DNA of 64,000 nt from NCBI GenBank assembly GCA_016867265.1, contig VGJW01000008.1, positions 458 through 64,457 on the forward strand. Direction: 5' to 3'. The notes beneath the pieces were generated by a model, which was not told the origin of the DNA, did not search any database, and saw only the letters and a program-made list of their open reading frames with translations. Every line of letters begins with the position of its first letter. Positions within the stretch are counted from its first letter, which is position 1. Made by a program: the position numbers and the translations under genes. The DNA comes from Candidatus Tanganyikabacteria bacterium. Lineage in GTDB: Bacteria; Cyanobacteriota; Sericytochromatia; S15B-MN24; VGJW01. Positions 41,039-49,591 of this stretch are shown here, in pieces.

Positions 41039-41800
41039 ATGAACTTCAACCTGCGTGTCTGGCGTCAGGACGGCCCCCGTGCCGAGGGACGCTTCGTCGA
41101 CTACAAGGCCGAGAGCATCCCGGCAGACGCCTCGTTCCTCGAGATGATGGACATCGTCAACGAGGGCCTGATCGGGCGGGGCGAAGAACCCGTCGCCTTC
41201 GACCATGACTGCCGTGAGGGCATCTGCGGCTCGTGCTCGATGGTCATCAACGGCTCGGCCCATGGCCCGGTCAACAACGTCACGACCTGCGGCCTCTACA
41301 TGCGTCATTTCAAGGACGGGGACACCATCGTGGTAGAGCCCTTCCGTGCGGCAGCTTTCCCCGTCCTGAAGGACCTCGTGGTCGATCGATCGGCCCTCGA
41401 TCGCATCCAGCAGGCTGGCGGATTCATCACCGCCCGGGTGGGCTCGGCCCAGGACGGCAATGCCCTGCCCGTGCCCAGGCAGAATGCCGACCTCGCCATG
41501 GAGTCCGCGGCGTGCATCGGCTGCGGCGCCTGCGTGGCTGCCTGCCCCAACTCGTCGGCGATGCTGTTCGTCGGTGCCAAGGTCTCCCACCTGGCCCTGC
41601 TGCCCCAAGGGCAGGCCGAGCGCGAGTCGCGCGTCCTCGGTATGGTGCAGACCATGGATGAGGCCGGTTTCGGCGGCTGCAGCAACCACGGCGAATGCGA
41701 GGCCGTGTGTCCCGCAGGCATCCGCATCTCGGCCATCGGTCGCCTGAACCGCGAGTTCACCCGTGCAGCGGCCATCGCCGGAACGCGAGACGAGACCTGA
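41039..41800 (+). CDS. sdhB: Succinate dehydrogenase Fe-S subunit
   Basis: [21 protein letters not shown] and [12 protein letters not shown] motifs. Confidence 0.96.
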   Translation: MNFNLRVWRQDGPRAEGRFVDYKAESIPADASFLEMMDIVNEGLIGRGEEPVAFDHDCREGICGSCSMVINGSAHGPVNNVTTCGLYMRHFKDGDTIVVEPFRAAAFPVLKDLVVDRSALDRIQQAGGFITARVGSAQDGNALPVPRQNADLAMESAACIGCGACVAACPNSSAMLFVGAKVSHLALLPQGQAERESRVLGMVQTMDEAGFGGCSNHGECEAVCPAGIRISAIGRLNREFTRAAAIAGTRDET

Positions 41801-41832
41801 AAATGGCTCGTCCCTGACGGAATCCTGATCAC

Positions 41833-44499
41833 GTGCTGACGGCACTCGCGCTGACCGTCCGGGTCATCGCGACCGCCGCCACCAACGGTGCACTGCATGA
41901 CCTGCCGCCACGCACGCACGCAGCCCAGCCTGCGGACGTCACCGTGCGCGCCTTCACGGACGATGTGGGGGCCCTCAAGCTGGGGTCCTGGTTCCTGTGG
42001 CGTCGCGATGGCGTGCTTACGCCCGCCGAGGCCCGCCGGGCCTTGCGCCAAGGACGTTGGACCATACGCACGGACGGCCTGCTGCGCGGGAACCGGAACC
42101 AGAGCTGGTGGACCGCGCCGGAACCCGGGGAAGCCCGTCAGCAGGGTGATCTCACGTGGTGCACCCTCGAGGATGCGGAGCACGGCGTCTGGGAGTTGGT
42201 GACGGATGCTGCGACAACGTCGTGGCCGGACTGGGCGCAGCCCCCCGAGGCGTGGACGCCGGTCTGGGCCACGCGCCTCGAAGGCCTGAGGCAACAGCGC
42301 CCCTATCGGGCGATGGCCTTCGGGGAGACACGCGGGGGAACGGCACTCGAGACACAAGCCTCCCGCGCGGCCTCTTCCGCCATCCGGGTTGACCTGGGCA
42401 ACCATGTGGACAACATCAATGACGACTGGCGGCGCGCGGGATTGCCCGACACGCTCCATCGGCTCGAACAGCATCCCCTGGCCGCCCTGGTGCCTTGGAA
42501 GTTCGAGCTGCGCCTACCCCTTCAGGACCAGCGTCGCCTCGCCGGCAACACCCCCCTGCTCGCAGCCAACCTGATTCCCCCGCCGGACGTGACGGTCCAC
42601 CCGTGGCGCATCGTCCGCTACGGAAGCATCACCGTCGGCCTTGTCGGGGCAGCGGATGCCCGCTACCTGGGTCGCTATGGTCTGGTCGACGGTCGCGCGC
42701 CCTGGCGCAGCAAGCCTGCCGTCCCCGCCATCCGTGAGGCCGTCGACGCCGCGCGGGCCGCCGGCGCCACGACTGTTCTGCTGCTGACCAACATGGACGA
42801 CACTCAGGTCGATGACCTGGATCGCGAGGTGCCCGGATGCACCGCCATCCTGCGGGCCCAGCCCGAGAGCCAGACGGATCCGCTGGAGCGCACCGCGACT
42901 CGGCCCGATGGCGCATCCCAGCCCCAGCGCGCGTGGCTGCGGGCGGGTGCCGATCAGGACCGGCTGCTGCAACTGGACCTGACGTTCTCGGAAGAGGGAG
43001 CACCGGCAAGCATTACCTCGCGCATCCGTCCCATCACGAGCCGGATCAGCCCACCGGATGCCTCGCTGGCGTGGCAGGCATGGACCCACCGCAGCGCCTT
43101 CATCGAGCCTCGACGTGCCTTGATCCTGCCGGGTCGTCGGCGGCTGGAAGACACGGAAGAGGGGGCCTACAGTCCTGAGGACTGGGGCAATCTGCTGGCC
43201 GCCACCGTCCGCGCCGCCACCGGGACCGAGCTGGCACTGGTGCCGCGCCGCAGACGAGGCCTGGTCGCGACGGGGGACATCCCGGATTACATTGCCGAGG
43301 ACTGGGTGCCCGCCAACCTGCAACTGTTGCGCGGCCAAATCTCGGGCCGCCAGTTGCGCAACCTCGTCCGACGCCGTGATCTGGCCGGCACCTGGGCGAT
43401 CGCGGGTACCGACGCGGATGCGGGTCGCGTGGCCGGCAGGCCCCTGCTGGACGACGAAATCTACAGCCTCGTCACCACGGACTCCTTTGCGCACGGAGCC
43501 GCCTTCCAGGGCCTGTTCCGGGGCACATTCACGCCCATCCAGGCAGGCGATGGCGACGGTGACGGACAAACTGAGTTGCAGGACGTGGTGCTCTCCCGCT
43601 GGCGGGCGGCCGCAGCCCGGGGCTGGGCTGGCACGGCCCACCTTGGCCAGATCCGCGCATGGCTGCATGACGATGGCGCGACGATCGAGCCGCAATGGCG
43701 CCTGTCACTGCAGCCGATCGAGCTCAACGGCCAACAACTGACTGGCCAGAATCGCACGGCCTTTGTCGGGGCGCGCAACGCCCTCGTCACGGCACCCGAG
43801 GCCCAGGCCTTGCGCGCCCGCTTCAAGGGCCAGGCCCACTACGAAGACCACCGGCTGGTGTGGGACACCACGACCTCCCTGCTCTGGGACCAGTCCACGA
43901 TCACGGGGGCAGGCCAGAACACCGTCCGGCGCGACAGCAACGAAGCCCGTGTCGGCAGCGAGGTCCGAGGGCGTCCGGCAGCACCGGAGGGAGGCGTGGT
44001 GCCCTTCCTGAACGGCGGCTACGCCACGGATCTGGTCCCGGGCACCAACGCCTCGACGGGCCTCGTCAACCCGCGCAGGCAGGACGTGACGGCGGGTGCC
44101 GGCCTGGTATGGACAAGCAACGGGATGTTCAAGGAGGCCCGGCTCGGCGCCAGTACCCGGCGCGACTTCTCGGTCACGGACCGCGTTCCGGAACCCGGCT
44201 ACCAGGCTGGCCTCGCCCTGCAATGGCCCCTGTCCTCCGGTCGCGTGACGCTGGATGTGGATGCGCGTGGCTTCGGACCGACCCCCCAGGATACGGAAGC
44301 GGACCTCGGTCTCCTCTGCCAGGTAGGCATTGCCTACCGACAGCCCGTGGCCGAGGGCCTCGAACTGCGGGTCGGCGTCGACAGCCTGCTCTTCCAGGGC
44401 AAGGTCGACGCGACCCGGACTCTGGGCAGCACGGTCACACCCAGCATCGGCCTTTCGTGGCAAGCCAATTGGAAGCCGGTGCAAGGCGTCGCCTGGTAA
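41833..44499 (+). CDS. Degenerate 5'-nucleotidase-like domains fused to a probable C-terminal beta-barrel
   Basis: PLLAANL and YGSITVGLVG (metallophosphatase fold); GNLLAATVRAATGTELAL and GRPLLDDEIYSLVTTD (5'-NT C-domain); amphipathic strands ending in W. Confidence 0.6.
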   Translation: MLTALALTVRVIATAATNGALHDLPPRTHAAQPADVTVRAFTDDVGALKLGSWFLWRRDGVLTPAEARRALRQGRWTIRTDGLLRGNRNQSWWTAPEPGEARQQGDLTWCTLEDAEHGVWELVTDAATTSWPDWAQPPEAWTPVWATRLEGLRQQRPYRAMAFGETRGGTALETQASRAASSAIRVDLGNHVDNINDDWRRAGLPDTLHRLEQHPLAALVPWKFELRLPLQDQRRLAGNTPLLAANLIPPPDVTVHPWRIVRYGSITVGLVGAADARYLGRYGLVDGRAPWRSKPAVPAIREAVDAARAAGATTVLLLTNMDDTQVDDLDREVPGCTAILRAQPESQTDPLERTATRPDGASQPQRAWLRAGADQDRLLQLDLTFSEEGAPASITSRIRPITSRISPPDASLAWQAWTHRSAFIEPRRALILPGRRRLEDTEEGAYSPEDWGNLLAATVRAATGTELALVPRRRRGLVATGDIPDYIAEDWVPANLQLLRGQISGRQLRNLVRRRDLAGTWAIAGTDADAGRVAGRPLLDDEIYSLVTTDSFAHGAAFQGLFRGTFTPIQAGDGDGDGQTELQDVVLSRWRAAAARGWAGTAHLGQIRAWLHDDGATIEPQWRLSLQPIELNGQQLTGQNRTAFVGARNALVTAPEAQALRARFKGQAHYEDHRLVWDTTTSLLWDQSTITGAGQNTVRRDSNEARVGSEVRGRPAAPEGGVVPFLNGGYATDLVPGTNASTGLVNPRRQDVTAGAGLVWTSNGMFKEARLGASTRRDFSVTDRVPEPGYQAGLALQWPLSSGRVTLDVDARGFGPTPQDTEADLGLLCQVGIAYRQPVAEGLELRVGVDSLLFQGKVDATRTLGSTVTPSIGLSWQANWKPVQGVAW

Positions 44500-44505
44500 C
44501 AGGCG

Positions 44506-47346
44506 CTATCCGGGCACCAGCTCGAACCAGCGCACCCCGGCCAACAAGTCATTCCTGCCGACGACCCGGGCACCCGGCAACAAGCGACGAATCCACGCCA
44601 CCTGCGCCGCCGTCGCACCGTCGAGGCCCACGAACGGCGGCTGGCCCAGCCCGGCAAAGGCGGACAGGGCCGTCTCGATGCCTTCGCGGACATCGGCAGG
44701 CAAGGCCTGCCGCAGCATCGGTGCCGGCGCACCGGCCAGCTCGCTGGCCGCGAGGTCCCGCCAGCGATTGGGCCACGGCAGCACGGCGATCCAGCCCGGA
44801 TCCAGGTCCCGACGGCCCACGCGCCACGAGGCAAGGCGCGCCTGCAGCTCGGCCAGCAACTGCGCCGTCGTCCAGCGATGCCAACGGGCCATGTCGAGGG
44901 TATCCCTCACGACGACGGGATCGCCCAGCCAGAAGCCCGCCTCGAGCAGACCGCGCACACCCGCGAAGGCCCGGCCGATGTCGGCCTCGGCGCGATCGCC
45001 GGAAAGGCCCAGCCAGTCCTTCAAGGCATCCGTGGGCACGACATGGCTCGCAACCGCATCCCACGACTCGCGGGCAGCTTCATGCACGACGCTCCAGACA
45101 GGCAGCACGCGATGCCCGCGTGCGCGCAAATCTGCCAAGTAGGGGTCTGTCTTCTCCACCCAACGCCCGGCGGCCTCACCCACCGACGTCGGCGTGCGTC
45201 CCTTGGGGGGCACGACCCAGAACCAGGCATCCGGATCGCGGCCGAGCGTCTCCTCGAGCACGAGTTGACCACCCACGCGTACCCGGAAATCCAGAGGGCC
45301 CAGGCCCTTGCCCTCGCCAACGAAAACGGGATGCGGAATCCACGGCGCCAGGCCCGCACCCTCGATGCGTCCCTCGTCGAAGGACAAGGCGCGCGCGGCG
45401 AGCAAGGCTCCCCCTTCGACGGCCAGCAGGGGCTCCGCGCGATCGCGGGCCGCGTCGGCAAGACTGGCCACCAGCTCGGTGACGGGCTGCCGCCACGCGG
45501 CGACCCGGCGCTCCCGGGCAGCCACGGCCTGGCCATCCGAACGACGCGGTACCCCGGACTGATCGAGGAAGTCCCGCATGACCTCGTGACCGAGGCACGC
45601 GCATGTTGCCAGCGCCGGCCGAGGACAGCGATGCACGGCCTCGAGCAGGGGGGGAATCCACGGATCCGGCATGACCCGGCCCTCTTCATCGTCATCCAGG
45701 CACAGGCGCCAGGACATCTCACCAGTTCGGCGAAGCAGGCGCACAGTCCGGTTGTCGAGGCCAGTTCCACGCCCGAGGCGGTCCCGGGAAACTGTCAGCG
45801 TAAGCGCGACCCAGGGCACCAGCAAGCGGGCCTCAAGGGCCACCAGACCCTTGGGGGGACTTGGACGCGCCGCAGTGAGACCCTGCAGGGCAGCCAGGCG
45901 ACCGGGCACGTCGTCTTCGCCGCCGGCCGCGACTTCGAACAGCAGTTGCCAGCCGGCGCTGTCCTTGGGAAAGGTGCCCCCCAGGCGCAGGACCTGCTGC
46001 AGGGCCTGGACCAAGACACCTGTCGGCCAGGGCCACGGCAAGGCCGTACCCCACCAACCCGTCTCGCCCAGCCAATTCCCCGCCAAGACCGGCAGCGTCT
46101 CGCTGTCCAGCACCGAACCCGGCAGCCGGTTCCAGACAACATCGAAGGGCTCGAGCAGGACCGGTTCGGGCGGCACCCCGGGTTCGTGAACGATCGTGCC
46201 TCGCCACGCCAGGCGTCCACGGACAGCCCAGGCCGCCTCCCACGGATCGAGGTCCGCGGACTCATGCAAGGGCAGCGACTGCACGGCATAACCTGACTGG
46301 CGGATGATGCGCGCCGCCGAGTTGCCCAAGCCCGGACGCCCCTGCATGGTGTCCCAGAGACCACGACCAAGGAGCAACTGAATCGGAGGAACCAGCGTCC
46401 GCGGCTCTTCGGGCACGGGTGGCCGGACTTCGTCCAGAGGCTCCGGCAAGTTCTGGCGCAGCGTGCGAAGGTCGCGATGCATCGCGACCAGGTCCGGGTC
46501 GTCGTCATCCTCGCTGGTCTGCGCCCCGAGCAGGGCATCGGCAACGCGGGCCGCGCCCAATGCATCCTCGATGAGCAAGTGATGGCGGACGACCTCGAGC
46601 CCCTCCTCAAGCCAGGATCGTCGGACCCGGGAACGCCACTCGGGCCGCCCACCGGCTCGGGTCCAGACCCGCTCGAGTATGACCAGCGCCTGCCGGGCGT
46701 GCTTGCGGGCATCCCGCGCTTCGCCATGCTTCTGGGCGTGCAGGCTCAGCAGGCGGCGGACGCGCGAACACCAGACGCCGGCCCGCGCCCCCTCGCTAAC
46801 GGGACCGAAGGGAAGCACCCCGCGCTCGGCCAGTACAAGCAGGTCCTCGAGCACGTCATGCGCCAGGCTGCGCCCGGCCTCTGCCCGGCGGTAACACCAG
46901 CCCCAGATATCGTTGAGCTCGCCCATGTCCGGCATCGGCCAGCGCTCGGCCGGCCACGCGGCCGCGAGGCCCAGAGGCGTGCGCATCTCGGTCCCCAGGT
47001 CCAGTTGCAACCGCTCGAAGAGCCGATGCGCCTGGCAGCGGCAGAGGGGATCGACCGGGTCCGGGCAGCGCCCGACCGTCCACGCGAGGCGCCAGCCTTC
47101 GTGCTCCAGAAGGGGCCACGCCCGGCGCTGCATCGCGAGACCGAACCACCAACGCGAACATCCGACGCAAGCGCCCAGCCACATGGTCTCCGCGCGCGGC
47201 CCATCGATCTGCCGTCGCAACCGGGCAAGGGCGACGACCCGGCCATCCGTGCACGTGGGGCACGGCATGCGATGAATCCGCCGCGAAGGGTCGACTGCGC
47301 CCGATGGCGCAACCTTCGCGCGATCCCCGTGGTCCATGTACCGCAC
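44506..47346 (-). CDS. Soluble protein with two Cys/His clusters and two degenerate FHIPEP (FlhA C-terminal)-like regions
   Basis: CPDPVDPLCRCQAH and CPRPALATCACLGH; PPIQLLLGRGL...LDPWEAAWAVRG and LGPLDFRVRVGG...VRGLLEAGFWLGD resemble FlhA-C; no TM domain. Confidence 0.55.
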   Translation of the reverse strand: MRYMDHGDRAKVAPSGAVDPSRRIHRMPCPTCTDGRVVALARLRRQIDGPRAETMWLGACVGCSRWWFGLAMQRRAWPLLEHEGWRLAWTVGRCPDPVDPLCRCQAHRLFERLQLDLGTEMRTPLGLAAAWPAERWPMPDMGELNDIWGWCYRRAEAGRSLAHDVLEDLLVLAERGVLPFGPVSEGARAGVWCSRVRRLLSLHAQKHGEARDARKHARQALVILERVWTRAGGRPEWRSRVRRSWLEEGLEVVRHHLLIEDALGAARVADALLGAQTSEDDDDPDLVAMHRDLRTLRQNLPEPLDEVRPPVPEEPRTLVPPIQLLLGRGLWDTMQGRPGLGNSAARIIRQSGYAVQSLPLHESADLDPWEAAWAVRGRLAWRGTIVHEPGVPPEPVLLEPFDVVWNRLPGSVLDSETLPVLAGNWLGETGWWGTALPWPWPTGVLVQALQQVLRLGGTFPKDSAGWQLLFEVAAGGEDDVPGRLAALQGLTAARPSPPKGLVALEARLLVPWVALTLTVSRDRLGRGTGLDNRTVRLLRRTGEMSWRLCLDDDEEGRVMPDPWIPPLLEAVHRCPRPALATCACLGHEVMRDFLDQSGVPRRSDGQAVAARERRVAAWRQPVTELVASLADAARDRAEPLLAVEGGALLAARALSFDEGRIEGAGLAPWIPHPVFVGEGKGLGPLDFRVRVGGQLVLEETLGRDPDAWFWVVPPKGRTPTSVGEAAGRWVEKTDPYLADLRARGHRVLPVWSVVHEAARESWDAVASHVVPTDALKDWLGLSGDRAEADIGRAFAGVRGLLEAGFWLGDPVVVRDTLDMARWHRWTTAQLLAELQARLASWRVGRRDLDPGWIAVLPWPNRWRDLAASELAGAPAPMLRQALPADVREGIETALSAFAGLGQPPFVGLDGATAAQVAWIRRLLPGARVVGRNDLLAGVRWFELVPG

Positions 47347-47391
47347 GCTCCCATCCTACCCCACGGCCCGGTCGCTGCCTTGCCTCCGTGG

Positions 47392-47418
47392 CACGCCCCG
47401 CCATCGCGGGTACGACAA
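47392..47418 (+). promoter_or_regulatory. Sigma28-like promoter
   Basis: CACG-N15-TACGACAA, 4 nt before the ATG at 47423. Confidence 0.4.
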
Positions 47419-47422
47419 GACC

Positions 47423-49576
47423 ATGCCCCCGACTCCTGCAGGCCCCATCCGTCTCTCCGCCGCGCCAACGGTACCCGCCCCATCGGGACGCATACCGGCT
47501 GGCACGGGCCCCTTGCCACCCGCTGAACTGGACCGCTGGGTCGCCGGCGGCAGCGTCAATCGTGACGGTGTTCGGGCAGAGGGCGACGGACGCTCGGGCA
47601 TCCTGTCGCTTTCGGGAACCCGGGTTGGCGACCTGATGGACAAGGTTGCCTCCCGTCTGGGCGACCAGGTGCTGTACCGCGACTACGGGGTGCGTCCCCC
47701 CAGCCTGTCACTGGGGGGTCCCGGTGGCGTCGGCTTTGGCCTCCGCGTCCGGGCCCTGCGCGACACGGACGGCAGGGTGCAGGACGATCCCCATCGACGG
47801 GAGACGAGCCGGCGGATGGCCGAGGCTGGCACACCCGTGACGTGGGCGGAGGTCCGCGGGGCCGTCGAGCCTTGGGCCGGCTACCCCTTCTCGATTCCGG
47901 CCCTGGGTGCCGGCGCGACGGTCGGCTTCACGACCGATGGCTCCGTTGCGCTGTCCGTGCTCTCGCCCCACCGCCACCCCGTCCGGCAGGCCGTGGCCGA
48001 CCTGGGCCTCCACCTCCCCTTCCGTGCCGAGGAAGCGATGGCCTACGCCGAGGGCACCGAGGTCGAGCTGCGGGGACGGGGACGCCTTGCGGTGAGTGCG
48101 GGCGCCCGCCTTTCCGACCATGTCGTGCCCTTGGCGGGGGCGTGGGACCTGGGTGTCTCGGTGGGCATCGACACCTACAGATCCCGCGATATGGAGCTGG
48201 CCCTCAAGGTCAAGCGCCTGGATGGCAACCGTGTCGCCGTCTCCGTCGAAGAGGTCACGAGCCGGGGTGAGGGCACGGCCTTGTCCGCGCGCGCCGGCCT
48301 GTCGGGACCCGTGCCGCAGCTACCCGAAAAGGGCGGCGCTGCCGGCGAACTCGCCCGCAAGTCGCTGACGACACAAGCGCAACGCTGGCTCAATGCAGAG
48401 GCCTCGATCGCCGTGTCGGAACGGACGGCTAACCGTGAGATCCAGACCTTCGTCATGGATTTGGACACGCCGGCTGGCAAGCACGCCTATGAGGCAGCCC
48501 TGGCCCTCGACCTGCGCCCCGCCCAGAAGGCGGCGGCCCAGGGCGACCCAGCCCTGCGCGCCATCACCTACAACGAGCAGGCCAAGACGGATAGGAGGGA
48601 TATCGATGCCCGCGTCGGCGGCCTGACCCTGCTCGACGACGAACGCCAGGTCGAGACCGGCCATGGCCGGCTGACCCGGCCAGAAGGCGTCATGGTCGTG
48701 GATCGTGCCGACCTGCTGCACGCCCACGAGGACATCGTCACCCGCTGGTTCTCGGGCCGCAAGCGCACGGAACGACAACTGCTCTCCGTCACGCCCGAAT
48801 CCGGGGGAACCCGGGAGACCTGGTTGCGCAGCAAGCAGGAAATCAAGGTCGATCTCAACACGACCGAAGGGGCTGTCCGCCGCTTCCTGGTGCTGGCACG
48901 ACATCTCGACCTGCGGCAGAGCGCGGACGGACTGGAGAACGACGAGAAGACGCTGGACGCCTTTGGCAAGTCGGAGCGGCGCGTCGAGGCCTATGTCACG
49001 GCCGAGGGCCTTGAGCGGCTCTATCAAGCCGCCCCCGACCGGATTCGCGAAGCCTTTGCCACGGCCTACGAAGAGATCGACCGCCCGTGGGATCAACCGG
49101 TGCTCTTCGACAGTCAGAAGGCCTCGATCTGGCGTCGGACCCCTTGGCTCGCCACGGCGCACGCGGACCACAGCGAGGTCATGGCCCTGCTGCGGCAAGG
49201 TCCCCAGCCCAATGGCCCCGGCAACGAGGGGCCAACGCCGGACCAGCGTTACGCGAACCTGACGGGCAGGCCACTCTGGCAGGATGCCGAGGCATGGCGC
49301 GAGAGCGAACGCCTGGTGGATCTGCTTGGCAAGATGCGCGAGGCGGGACCCGCCGAGCGGGCCCGGCTGCTGGCCGGTCTTGCCAAGGAAATGGACACGG
49401 ACCTGGCTCGGGAGCTGTCGACGATGGCCCGGCTTGCCGGCCCCGAGACCGTCATCGTGCCCGAGATGCGGCTGTCCGGACCCAAGGCGCCCGATCTGCT
49501 GTACCGTCGTGGCGACGCGCCCCGGGATCCGCGCAAGGAAATCGACGCCGCCATCCGCGGCCACCGCACGCCCTGA
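47423..49576 (+). CDS. Hypothetical protein, beta-rich core, Pro-rich N-terminus
   Basis: Long ORF with GC3 bias; start at MPPTPAG; no signal peptide; no family recognised. Confidence 0.7.
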   Translation: MPPTPAGPIRLSAAPTVPAPSGRIPAGTGPLPPAELDRWVAGGSVNRDGVRAEGDGRSGILSLSGTRVGDLMDKVASRLGDQVLYRDYGVRPPSLSLGGPGGVGFGLRVRALRDTDGRVQDDPHRRETSRRMAEAGTPVTWAEVRGAVEPWAGYPFSIPALGAGATVGFTTDGSVALSVLSPHRHPVRQAVADLGLHLPFRAEEAMAYAEGTEVELRGRGRLAVSAGARLSDHVVPLAGAWDLGVSVGIDTYRSRDMELALKVKRLDGNRVAVSVEEVTSRGEGTALSARAGLSGPVPQLPEKGGAAGELARKSLTTQAQRWLNAEASIAVSERTANREIQTFVMDLDTPAGKHAYEAALALDLRPAQKAAAQGDPALRAITYNEQAKTDRRDIDARVGGLTLLDDERQVETGHGRLTRPEGVMVVDRADLLHAHEDIVTRWFSGRKRTERQLLSVTPESGGTRETWLRSKQEIKVDLNTTEGAVRRFLVLARHLDLRQSADGLENDEKTLDAFGKSERRVEAYVTAEGLERLYQAAPDRIREAFATAYEEIDRPWDQPVLFDSQKASIWRRTPWLATAHADHSEVMALLRQGPQPNGPGNEGPTPDQRYANLTGRPLWQDAEAWRESERLVDLLGKMREAGPAERARLLAGLAKEMDTDLARELSTMARLAGPETVIVPEMRLSGPKAPDLLYRRGDAPRDPRKEIDAAIRGHRTP

Positions 49577-49591
49577 TCAGGGCGTCGTCGC

